Source of the DNA: Fidelibacterota bacterium
Lineage (GTDB): Bacteria; Fidelibacterota; Marinisomatia; Marinisomatales; UBA1611
Reading direction: 5' to 3'
NCBI GenBank assembly: GCA_018649625.1
Contig: JABIHN010000016.1
Span: 23,734 to 87,733 of the forward strand
DNA: 64,000 nucleotides
The number at the start of each line of letters is the position of its first letter. Position 1 is the stretch's first letter. Of this stretch, positions 19,742 to 28,959 are shown in pieces. A program made the position numbers and the translations under genes. The notes beneath the pieces are model-generated. The model did not search any database and was not told where the DNA came from. It saw nothing but the letters and a program-made list of their open reading frames with translations.

Positions 19742-20292
19742 TTGCCTTTATTGGTCTAGGTAACCCCGGTGATAAATATGCAAATACAAAACATAATGCA
19801 GGATTTTGGGTGGTGGATGAGTTTGCCAAAAGGCAAAAAATATCCTTTAAACCAGGAAAAGGCGATTTTGTGTATGCTCAACATCAGCGGCGTGAAGTTT
19901 TGTTGATAAAACCAACAACAGGGATGAACCTAAGTGGAAATGCAGTAAAAGAAGTTGCCAATCAGTGGAGTCTTTTGCCTGTAGATATACATGTTATCGT
20001 GGATGATGTGGATTTACCACTTGGGTCAATCCGAATTCGCCCAAAAGGGGGCGACGGATGTCATCGTGGAATGGAAAATATAATTTATCAGCTACAATCA
20101 GACTTATTTCCTAGAATCCGTTTAGGGATTGGCACAGATCAAAATATGCGACCTGCAGAAAAATATGTGTTAAAACCATTTAGAGCGGATGATGAACTTG
20201 AAGTAGAAGTCATGGTTAAGCGTGGCGCAGATGCTTTAACAAATCTTTTGGTCCGTGGGTTAAACCACACCATGAATAATTTTAATTCTTAA
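19738..20292 (+). CDS. pth: Peptidyl-tRNA hydrolase
   Basis: [23 protein letters not shown] and RIRLGIG. Confidence 0.97.
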   Translation: MIAFIGLGNPGDKYANTKHNAGFWVVDEFAKRQKISFKPGKGDFVYAQHQRREVLLIKPTTGMNLSGNAVKEVANQWSLLPVDIHVIVDDVDLPLGSIRIRPKGGDGCHRGMENIIYQLQSDLFPRIRLGIGTDQNMRPAEKYVLKPFRADDELEVEVMVKRGADALTNLLVRGLNHTMNNFNS

Positions 20293-20314
20293 TAATGAAG
20301 GAGAAATAGAACTC

Positions 20315-22438
20315 ATGAGTTCTTACTTAATATATGTGATGGGTGCCGCCGTTTTGGCTATGGTATTCTCATTTTGGAAATCGAGTTGGATTGAAGCCCA
20401 AGATGAAGGAACAGATCGCATGAAATCAATAGGTGCGAGTATTGCTGAAGGCGCCATGGCTTTTTTAAAGGCCGAATATCGTATTTTAGCTATTTTTGTT
20501 GTAGCTGTAGCAATCATGTTAGGATTGGCAAACATGGGGAGAGCAGATTCTAGTCCATTAATTGCTTTGTCATTTATTGTTGGTGCTGTTACATCTGCAC
20601 TTGCAGGATTTTTGGGAATGAAAGTTGCAACCAAAGCTAATAACAGAACAACAAATGCAGCTAGAACAAGTCTTGCAAAAGCATTAAATGTTGCTTTTAC
20701 TGGCGGTTCTGTGATGGGTCTCTCAGTTGTTGGCTTAGGGGTTCTTGGTTTGGGTGGTTTATTTATTTTTTACACTTCCAAATTTGGTAGTAGTACTTCA
20801 CAAATAAATTTAGTTTTAAATGTTATTTCAGGTTTTTCGTTAGGCGCATCATCCATTGCTTTGTTTGCACGAGTGGGTGGGGGTATTTATACCAAAGCAG
20901 CAGATGTTGGTGCTGATTTAGTTGGGAAAGTTGAAGCCGGTATTCCTGAAGATCATCCATTAAACCCTGCTACTATTGCTGATAATGTTGGTGATAATGT
21001 TGGTGATGTTGCTGGAATGGGAGCTGATTTATTTGAATCATACGTTGGGTCTATTGTTGGATCTATGGTATTAGGTGCAAGCATTTATGCTTCAGGAGTT
21101 ACTGACGGGTTTAATTTTGTTCTTCTACCGCTTTATATTGCAGGTGCTGGTATTATTGTTTCTATTATAGGCACTTTTATGGTATCTGTTAAAGAAGGTG
21201 GTGATCCACAAAAAGCACTAAATATTGGTGAATTTGGGAGTTCGGCTATCATGGTTGCGGTTATCTATTTTTTGATAATTAATACATTACCTGCATCTCA
21301 TGCTATGGGTGTTTTTTGGGCAACAGTTATTGGATTAGTTGCTGGCTTGGGAATAGGTATGATAACTGAACATTATACAGGCACTGGAACACCTCCTGTT
21401 TTATCGATTGTTAAACAATCTTTGACTGGACCGGCTACAAATCTTATAGCTGGTTTGGGTGTTGGAATGCAATCTACTGCTATTCCAATTTTAATTCTTG
21501 CTGCTGCTATTATTGGTGCTCATCATTTTGCTGGGCTTTATGGTATTGCAATGGCTGCCTTGGGCATGCTTGCAAACACAGGTATCCAATTAGCAGTTGA
21601 TGCTTATGGTCCAATATCGGATAATGCTGGTGGAATTGCTGAAATGGCTGGATTACCAGAAGAAGTTCGTGAACGCACGGATAAATTAGATGCAGTTGGA
21701 AATACAACTGCTGCTATAGGTAAAGGTTTTGCCATTGGGTCAGCGGCCTTAACTGCTTTAGCATTATTTGCTGCATTTATGGTGCAAACAGGAATTAAAA
21801 CTATTGATATTGCAAATCCGATGGTTATGGCAGGTTTATTTGTTGGTGGTATGTTACCCTTTTTATTTTCTTCTATGGCAATGAATGCTGTAGGTCGTGC
21901 TGCTATGGCAATGATTGAAGAAGTTCGACGTCAATTTAGAGATATTCCAGAATTAAAAGCAGCGCTTGTTGTATTAGGAAAAGGGGATGAATCTACTTGG
22001 ACTGAAGATGAAAAATCGATTTATGAATTAGGATTGACCAAAGCAGAACATGGAAAATGTGTTGAAATTTCAACACAGTCAGCCCTTAGGGAAATGGTGC
22101 TTCCTGGTGTACTTGCTATCTCGAGTCCTGTGATTGTTGGTTTTATTTTTGGTCCAGAAACATTGGGTGGTTTATTAGCCGGTGTTACTGTGTCGGGTGT
22201 ATTGATGGCAATCTTCCAGTCAAATGCTGGTGGCGCTTGGGACAATGCAAAGAAAATGATTGAAGAAGGTGTAGAGGTTGGTGGAGAAATGTTAAAAAAG
22301 GGATCTGAAGCTCATAAAGCTGCTGTTGTAGGTGATACAGTTGGTGATCCTTTTAAAGATACTTCAGGACCATCTCTCAATATTTTAATTAAACTGATGT
22401 CAGTGGTTTCACTGGTTATCGCACCGTTAATTGCGTAA
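20315..22438 (+). CDS. hppA: K+-dependent membrane pyrophosphatase, probably Na+-translocating
   Basis: [26 protein letters not shown] (K+-dependent Ala), DLFESY and [14 protein letters not shown]. Confidence 0.96.
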   Translation: MSSYLIYVMGAAVLAMVFSFWKSSWIEAQDEGTDRMKSIGASIAEGAMAFLKAEYRILAIFVVAVAIMLGLANMGRADSSPLIALSFIVGAVTSALAGFLGMKVATKANNRTTNAARTSLAKALNVAFTGGSVMGLSVVGLGVLGLGGLFIFYTSKFGSSTSQINLVLNVISGFSLGASSIALFARVGGGIYTKAADVGADLVGKVEAGIPEDHPLNPATIADNVGDNVGDVAGMGADLFESYVGSIVGSMVLGASIYASGVTDGFNFVLLPLYIAGAGIIVSIIGTFMVSVKEGGDPQKALNIGEFGSSAIMVAVIYFLIINTLPASHAMGVFWATVIGLVAGLGIGMITEHYTGTGTPPVLSIVKQSLTGPATNLIAGLGVGMQSTAIPILILAAAIIGAHHFAGLYGIAMAALGMLANTGIQLAVDAYGPISDNAGGIAEMAGLPEEVRERTDKLDAVGNTTAAIGKGFAIGSAALTALALFAAFMVQTGIKTIDIANPMVMAGLFVGGMLPFLFSSMAMNAVGRAAMAMIEEVRRQFRDIPELKAALVVLGKGDESTWTEDEKSIYELGLTKAEHGKCVEISTQSALREMVLPGVLAISSPVIVGFIFGPETLGGLLAGVTVSGVLMAIFQSNAGGAWDNAKKMIEEGVEVGGEMLKKGSEAHKAAVVGDTVGDPFKDTSGPSLNILIKLMSVVSLVIAPLIA

Positions 22439-22455
22439 ATAAATAAGGAGACATT

Positions 22456-22983
22456 ATGCGGTATTATGAAACACTCTATATTGTAAATCCAAATCTGGAA
22501 AATGAAGCCCTGGATACTACCATGGCAGAGATTGGTACTGAACTAGAGAAATCAAAATCAAAAATAATCAACCATCGTATGTGGAGCAAAAAACGGCTTG
22601 CATATCACATTGATAAACAAAAATACGGTTCTTACATTTTGTTACAATTTGAAGGTGGGGATCAAGAAGAGATGAACGAGTTCAACACTTGGATGAAACT
22701 AAACAATACAGTTTTACGTCACATGACAATTGTTTTAGAAGAAAAGCCAGACGTTTATAAAGAAGAAGTAAAAGAAGAACCAAAATCAGATCCTGCAAAC
22801 GAATCTAAAGATGCATCCGATGCTAAAACAGAAGATGTAGAATCTTCAGATGAGAAAAGTTCGGAAAAACCAGAAAAAGAATCAACTGAGTCAAAATCAG
22901 AAGGTCAATCACCTGAATCGGATAATGTTGATGAGAAATCAAATGAAGACAATAAAGAAACTGAAGAAAAGGAGGCTGAATAA
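22456..22983 (+). CDS. rpsF: 30S ribosomal protein S6 with long acidic tail
   Basis: [12 protein letters not shown]...KRLAYHI core; rpsF-rpsR-rplI synteny. Confidence 0.95.
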   Translation: MRYYETLYIVNPNLENEALDTTMAEIGTELEKSKSKIINHRMWSKKRLAYHIDKQKYGSYILLQFEGGDQEEMNEFNTWMKLNNTVLRHMTIVLEEKPDVYKEEVKEEPKSDPANESKDASDAKTEDVESSDEKSSEKPEKESTESKSEGQSPESDNVDEKSNEDNKETEEKEAE

Positions 22984-23210
22984 TGGCTTTCCAAAGTAGA
23001 AAGAAATTTTGCTATTTTAAAGAAAATGGCATCACAGACATCGATTATAAAGATGTAAAATTATTACGTCGTTTTGTGAATGATCAAGGTAAAATTATGC
23101 CTCGTCGAATCACAGGAAGCAGTGCAAAAATGCATCGTAAATTAGTTCGAGCTGTAAAACGTTCTCGTTCAATTGCATTAATGCCATATGTTGACCGTAG
23201 CTCAGAATAA
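22983..23210 (+). CDS. rpsR: 30S ribosomal protein S18
   Basis: [12 protein letters not shown]...[10 protein letters not shown]. Confidence 0.97.
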   Translation: MAFQSRKKFCYFKENGITDIDYKDVKLLRRFVNDQGKIMPRRITGSSAKMHRKLVRAVKRSRSIALMPYVDRSSE

Positions 23211-23216
23211 GGGGAA

Positions 23217-23663
23217 ATGATGGAAATTATATTATTACAAGATGTAAATGGTTTGGGTGAAGCAGGTGATATTGTAGATGTAAAACCTGGGTATGCCCGA
23301 AATAAATTGGTCCCCGATGGATTAGCACTTCGTGCGTCTAAGCGGAATTTGGCTGTAGCAGATGAACGGAAACAGATTGAAAAGAGACGAAAGAATCGCG
23401 TAACTGCTGCCGAGGAAGTTATTGTTGAAAAACTATCTAAAACAGAAATTACCATCGAAGCCCAAGTAGGCGAAGAAGATAAAATGTTTGGCTCTATTAC
23501 CACTATTGATATCCACAAAGCTCTTGTAGAAAAAGGGATTACTGTGGACCGACATGCCATCATGTTAGATGAACCCATCAAAGCGTTGGGAATCTACCAT
23601 GTGCCGGTTCGTGTCACATCTAAATTAAATGGTGATGTGAAGGTCTACGTGATCAAATCATAA
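23217..23663 (+). CDS. rplI: 50S ribosomal protein L9
   Basis: LGEAGDIVDVKPGYARN and KMFGSIT. Confidence 0.97.
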   Translation: MMEIILLQDVNGLGEAGDIVDVKPGYARNKLVPDGLALRASKRNLAVADERKQIEKRRKNRVTAAEEVIVEKLSKTEITIEAQVGEEDKMFGSITTIDIHKALVEKGITVDRHAIMLDEPIKALGIYHVPVRVTSKLNGDVKVYVIKS

Positions 23664-23681
23664 ACAATACTAGATCAATTC

Positions 23682-23730
23682 AACCCCTGCAACTTGGTAT
23701 TTTAATTATCAGGTGCAGGGGTTTTTTATT
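23682..23730 (+). terminator. Intrinsic terminator after rplI
   Basis: AACCCCTGCA...TGCAGGGGTT stem followed by TTTTATT. Confidence 0.8.
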
Positions 23731-23765
23731 GCTCCGCTAAAATCTGACCCATAAACTCATGCCTT

Positions 23766-26003
23766 ATGTTTGCAGATGTTGCCTTCCCTATCTCCGGTTT
23801 TCAAACCTTTACCTACAAGATTCCCAAGGATCTGGTATCGGAAGTGCAAATCGGGTCCCGTGTCACAGTCCAGTTTGGTCCCAGAAAAACACAGGGAATT
23901 GTTACGGGACTAAAAAATGAATCATCCTTCTCTGGTAAAATAAAAGACATTGCAGGATTGGTGGATAATTTGCCCATCATGACCCCGGAGCTCTGGAAAT
24001 TGATCCAATGGATGAGCCAATATTATGTAACCCCATTAGGGCAAGTTGGGAAAGCTGTATTACCGAAAAATTTGTCAACGCGGTACAATCCACCTAAAAG
24101 TTGGATGGTACAAGCCAAGCCAATTTTTGATGACGAAGATTTGGAAGCAGTCAAAAAACGAGCGCCCAAACAATATGAAGTATATCAAAAAATTTGGAAA
24201 GTTAAAAAACCTATCCAAGTTTCATCTCTGAAAGATTTGGCATCGAATCCATTGAATGTATGCAGAGGATTAGAAAAAAGAAAACTTGTAACATTATTTG
24301 AAGAAACATCTTTACCAGACATAACAGGCTTCACGTTTGATCCAATTCATAAAAAAGTATCCTTTAATTCGCATCAACAAGTAGCAGTTGATGCAATATG
24401 TAAATCACTGGATAAAAAAGAATATTCACCTTTTCTTTTACATGGTGTAACGGGAAGTGGTAAAACCGAAATTTATGTAGAGGGTGTTCGTCATTGCCTT
24501 GCTCAAAAAAGAACTGCTATTATTTTACTACCAGAAATTTCACTCACACCACAAATTGCTGGCCGATTTCGAGCTGTATTTGGAGATACGATTGCATTAT
24601 GGCATTCAAAACTTACTCAAGCGCAACGCTCATGGACGTGGAAAGAAATTTGCAAGGGAACCTTCAAGGTTGTGATTGGTGCCCGGAGCGCAGTATTTGC
24701 ACCCTTAAAACATCTCGGTCTTATTGTGATTGATGAAGAACAGGAGTCGTCTTTTCGTCAGGATTCTCCCGCACCAAGATATCATGCTCGTGACGTTGCT
24801 TTGATGCGTGCAACCTATGAAGGGGCTTCCGTTGTTTTATCTAGTGCCACTCCTAGTCTTGAAAGTTATTATAATTATCTTCATAAAAAACTAAGTTATC
24901 TCCATTTACCTGAACGATATGGTGGCGCAAAATACCCTCATGTCCATTTGGTAGATATGTTATCTGATCAAGAAGAATCAGGGAAATATGGACAAATATT
25001 TTCGGGATTGCTTCAAGATAAAATTGAAGATCGTCTCAATAAAAAAGAACAAATTATATTACTTCAGAATCGAAGAGGGTATTCTCCTGTAATTCGGTGT
25101 GGAGATTGCGGTGAAATTGTAATGTGCCCTCAATGTAAGGTTGCTTTAACATTTCATAGTAAAGGATCTCAACTTATTTGTCACTTTTGTGGGCATATTG
25201 AAATAAAACAACGTGAAACTTGTATTCATTGTAGGTGCTCTAATATGAAATATTCTGGTACGGGTACACAAAGAGTGGAATCCATTCTCGAAGAAACATT
25301 CCCTCAAGCAAGAGTCGCTAGATTGGATATGGATACGGCAGGAACAAGCCAAGGATTGATTTCAATTTTAAAAGCATTTGCGAATGGAGAGATTGATATA
25401 TTATTGGGAACACAAATGATCGCCAAAGGATTGGATTTTCCAAATGCGACATTGGTGGGAATTATTAATGCAGATCTTGGGCTTCATTTACCGGATTTTC
25501 GTTCCGGTGAACGTATTTTTCAATTAATTTATCAGGCATCTGGAAGAGCTGGAAGGCGAAAAATTCCAGGAGAAGTGGTAATTCAAACTTATGTTCCGGA
25601 TAATCCGGTCATTAAAAATGCGGCAAAATTAGATATGATTAAATATTATAATATCGCATTAAGTGAGCGAAATGAGTTAAAATACCCTCCATTTAGTTGG
25701 ATGGCAAAAATTGAAATTACGGGGGAAAACCAAATAGCTGTAGATTCTTTATCGGAACGAATATCGAAATTATTGAATGGAAAATATAAAGGATTAGACG
25801 TTTTGGGACCAGCACCATGTTATTTAGAAAAACTTCGGAACCAATATAGGTTTCAAATCGTCTTTAAGTCATTAAAGTCTATAGATCCCAATGGATATAG
25901 ACTTCACAAATTTATTCAGGATAATTTTATGGATATTCAAAAAAAGTACCGTCCAGGAAAAAATAGGATTAATATTCATTTTGATCCGCTTAGTTTAATA
26001 TAA
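23766..26003 (+). CDS. priA: Primosomal protein N'
   Basis: GVTGSGKTE, IDEE, SATPSLES, CxxC cluster and GTQMIAKGLDFP. Confidence 0.98.
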   Translation: MFADVAFPISGFQTFTYKIPKDLVSEVQIGSRVTVQFGPRKTQGIVTGLKNESSFSGKIKDIAGLVDNLPIMTPELWKLIQWMSQYYVTPLGQVGKAVLPKNLSTRYNPPKSWMVQAKPIFDDEDLEAVKKRAPKQYEVYQKIWKVKKPIQVSSLKDLASNPLNVCRGLEKRKLVTLFEETSLPDITGFTFDPIHKKVSFNSHQQVAVDAICKSLDKKEYSPFLLHGVTGSGKTEIYVEGVRHCLAQKRTAIILLPEISLTPQIAGRFRAVFGDTIALWHSKLTQAQRSWTWKEICKGTFKVVIGARSAVFAPLKHLGLIVIDEEQESSFRQDSPAPRYHARDVALMRATYEGASVVLSSATPSLESYYNYLHKKLSYLHLPERYGGAKYPHVHLVDMLSDQEESGKYGQIFSGLLQDKIEDRLNKKEQIILLQNRRGYSPVIRCGDCGEIVMCPQCKVALTFHSKGSQLICHFCGHIEIKQRETCIHCRCSNMKYSGTGTQRVESILEETFPQARVARLDMDTAGTSQGLISILKAFANGEIDILLGTQMIAKGLDFPNATLVGIINADLGLHLPDFRSGERIFQLIYQASGRAGRRKIPGEVVIQTYVPDNPVIKNAAKLDMIKYYNIALSERNELKYPPFSWMAKIEITGENQIAVDSLSERISKLLNGKYKGLDVLGPAPCYLEKLRNQYRFQIVFKSLKSIDPNGYRLHKFIQDNFMDIQKKYRPGKNRINIHFDPLSLI

Positions 26004-26918
26004 ATGATAAATAGAAAACAGACTCTAATAATCTTACTTCAATTTTCAATATCTATTTGTATTGCTGAGACAGGTTATCCAGGATTTGATGTATTTACAT
26101 CATCTTCTCAATTAGGATTGGGTGGAGCAGGTTATTTATTTTCATCACCAATTTCATCCAAAGTAAATCCTGCTGTCTCTGATACGGGTAAATATTTTTC
26201 AACATCAATTATTCGATATCAAGCGGGAATTACTAGTCAAAGTGTTGGGATGAGTCTCCCCTGGAATAAAGGGATGACTACTTTTTCAATTCGCCACATT
26301 TCTTATGGAACCTTTGATGGATATGATAATAATTTTCAATCAACAGGGACATATCAATCTAGTGATACTTGGGTTCAAGGTGGATATTCAAAACAATTGA
26401 ATACACTCCCGTTGAGCATTGGTGCGTCAACTCAAATTTATTCTTCATCTTTAAAAGATTCTCAAATTAAAGCAATATTATTGTCCGTAGGAGGGGAATT
26501 TTATATACATAAAATTCAATCCACATTTGGTTTATCATTGCATAATTTAGGGAAAACATTTAGAAGTAATAATTTTGCAAATGGATCCCTTAGTCCTAAA
26601 ACAGTTATTAGTACTTCAAAAAAAATTACTCACCTCCCTCTCACCTTATTTTTTGATACAGTATTTTCAAAATCTCAACAGGAACCTGAAGTATTTATTG
26701 GAGGAAATTTCAAATTAAAAAATGATATTTACATTAAGTGGGGGACATCTACTCGGAAAATATCTCATAATACTAAACAAGATTTTCTTCGTTCGGTCTT
26801 TGGAGCTTCGGGTCTTGGATTTGGTTTTTCTTCCGGGAGTATCAGTATTCACTATGGTACTTTTATTTTTGGAACGGGATCTACCATCCATGGTTTAGAA
26901 ATTGGAATTCAACTATAA
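26004..26918 (+). CDS. PorV/PorQ-family outer-membrane beta-barrel (T9SS-associated)
   Basis: Signal peptide; LGLGGA...NPA; YGTFDGYDNNFQSTGTYQSSD...GYSK; alternating beta-strand C-terminus. Confidence 0.6.
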   Translation: MINRKQTLIILLQFSISICIAETGYPGFDVFTSSSQLGLGGAGYLFSSPISSKVNPAVSDTGKYFSTSIIRYQAGITSQSVGMSLPWNKGMTTFSIRHISYGTFDGYDNNFQSTGTYQSSDTWVQGGYSKQLNTLPLSIGASTQIYSSSLKDSQIKAILLSVGGEFYIHKIQSTFGLSLHNLGKTFRSNNFANGSLSPKTVISTSKKITHLPLTLFFDTVFSKSQQEPEVFIGGNFKLKNDIYIKWGTSTRKISHNTKQDFLRSVFGASGLGFGFSSGSISIHYGTFIFGTGSTIHGLEIGIQL

Positions 26919-28120
26919 TGTTTAAAAAAATTATTTTTCTCATTTTCATCGGAATGATTTCTGCGCAAAATAATTATCCAATTGTATTAGTTCATGGATT
27001 TATGGGTTGGGGTACTGAAGAGATGGGCGGGTACAAGTATTGGGGCGGTTCAGAAGATTACGCCCAATTTCTTAGAGATGAAGGTCATACTGTTTTTACT
27101 GTTTCCATAGGCCCTGTTTCATCTAATTGGGAGCGTGCTATAGAAGTTTACTCTCAATTAAAAGGTGGTCAGGTAGATTATGGGAAAGCACATTCCAATC
27201 AATTTTCACTCATTCAAAAACCTGAAGGTAAAATTTATACTGCACTTTACCCAGAATGGGATGAAAACCATCCAGTTCATCTTATTGGACATAGCATGGG
27301 CGGGCAAACGGCTAGAATGTTACAATACTTATTAACCCATGAAATAATGGAAGATGATAATAATGGAATTGCTGAAGAATCGAGTCTGCTGAGTGGTCTT
27401 CATCAGAATTGGATTCGGAGTATTACATCAATATCTACGCCTCATGATGGAACTACATTGGCAGATATTGTAACTCGGACGATGCCATTTGTACAGTATT
27501 TTGTTGGATTGGCTGGCGTTGTGGGTACCCGTTTTTATGAATTCGATTTAGAACAATGGGGTTTTTCTCGTGAAGAAGAAGAATCTTGGACTGGATATGT
27601 CAAGCGAATGAGAACTCATAATGCTTGGGATTCAAAAAATATGAGTTCGTGGGAGTTAAGTATTGAAGGCGCTAAAGAATTAAATGCATTTCTTCAAGTT
27701 GATCCGGATGTGTATTATTTCTCGATTAGTACCACAACGACAATTAAAAAAGATGAATCTCAATATCATATTCCTATTAATGGGACATCTCTTTTAACAC
27801 GAACACGATCAAAGATAATTGGCTCAAGAGTTGGATATTGGAACGATGGCTCCGCAACAGATTCTACTTGGTATGAAAATGATGGGATTGTTAACACGCG
27901 ATCTATGCGAGGTCCCACTACAGGTGCGAATGGCCCTGACCCAATTGTAAAATATGATGAAAATGAATTATTAATACCTGGACAATGGTATACACTCGGT
28001 CCTTTCCAGATTGATCACTGGAATATTGTGGGGCATCTTGGTACTGAAGAGGCTAATGCTTTTGCAAAACAAATACTATTCAATCAAGCAGTTCGATTAA
28101 AGGCGCTTCCATCTTTTTGA
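26918..28120 (+). CDS. Secreted triacylglycerol lipase (Staphylococcus/Geobacillus family I.5/I.6-like)
   Basis: YPIVLVHGF, SSNWERA, GHSMGG nucleophile, ENDGIVN and IDHW. Confidence 0.9.
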   Translation: MFKKIIFLIFIGMISAQNNYPIVLVHGFMGWGTEEMGGYKYWGGSEDYAQFLRDEGHTVFTVSIGPVSSNWERAIEVYSQLKGGQVDYGKAHSNQFSLIQKPEGKIYTALYPEWDENHPVHLIGHSMGGQTARMLQYLLTHEIMEDDNNGIAEESSLLSGLHQNWIRSITSISTPHDGTTLADIVTRTMPFVQYFVGLAGVVGTRFYEFDLEQWGFSREEEESWTGYVKRMRTHNAWDSKNMSSWELSIEGAKELNAFLQVDPDVYYFSISTTTTIKKDESQYHIPINGTSLLTRTRSKIIGSRVGYWNDGSATDSTWYENDGIVNTRSMRGPTTGANGPDPIVKYDENELLIPGQWYTLGPFQIDHWNIVGHLGTEEANAFAKQILFNQAVRLKALPSF

Positions 28121-28959
28121 ATACTGTTTATTATCATATTAAACTATTTCGCCCTCTTAATGTCTTTATAGCTGGGCTTGCCATGATTATTGCATCAGCA
28201 ATAATGGGAACACTTCACGAAATAGAAATAGTCCTAATCGTGATGTTAGTTGTCATGAGTTTTGCTGCTGCTGCAAATGCCTTGAATGATGTTGTGGATG
28301 TTGAGATTGACCGTATTAACCGTCCCATGCGACCCATCCCATCGGGAAATGTAAAAAAAAGTTCAGCACTGATTCTTTCGTGTTTACTTTTTATTGTGGG
28401 AACAATATTGTGTTTGAAACTTCCTGAATCTGCTAAAGTTATTGGTATTGTAATAGCTATGCCTTTGATGATTATTTATAGCAAGTATTTGAAAGGCCTT
28501 CCTCTTATTGGCAATATTACAATTGCATTTATTTTAGGATTATCATTTCTTTTTTGTGGAGCGGCATTCAATGCTACAACGTCTATGTGGATTCCTATGG
28601 TATTGGCGTTTGGACTAACTTTAGTCCGAGAATTGGTAAAAGATATTGCCGATATGGATGGAGACCAATCTCTAGGACTAAAAACATTTCCAATTGTGGT
28701 AGGCATTGAAAAAGCAATTCAATTAACAATTTTTCTTAGTGCGTGTATTGGGGTGGTTGCTTTTCTTCCATTTCTTAATGGAATATATGGCATTTGGTAT
28801 GGCATTTTGTTAATACTCGGCGTTGAGATTCCTTTGGGTGTCGTTGTAGCTTCTCTACTGAATAATCCGGGAATTTCGTCCGCAAGCCATGCTGCTCGGA
28901 TCTTAAAATTTAGTACATTAATGGGACTAATCGCAATTTACGCAGGAACACTTTCATGA
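28117..28959 (+). CDS. UbiA-family prenyltransferase, DGGGP-synthase-like
   Basis: NDVVDVEIDRINRPMRPIPSG and RELVKDIADMDGD Asp-rich motifs; many TM helices. Confidence 0.82.
   Translation: MNTVYYHIKLFRPLNVFIAGLAMIIASAIMGTLHEIEIVLIVMLVVMSFAAAANALNDVVDVEIDRINRPMRPIPSGNVKKSSALILSCLLFIVGTILCLKLPESAKVIGIVIAMPLMIIYSKYLKGLPLIGNITIAFILGLSFLFCGAAFNATTSMWIPMVLAFGLTLVRELVKDIADMDGDQSLGLKTFPIVVGIEKAIQLTIFLSACIGVVAFLPFLNGIYGIWYGILLILGVEIPLGVVVASLLNNPGISSASHAARILKFSTLMGLIAIYAGTLS

Noticed and set aside
20981-21010. Short tandem repeat GATAATGTTGGT in hppA
   Set aside because: It encodes the conserved DNVGDNVGD motif; not a mobile element or CRISPR repeat.
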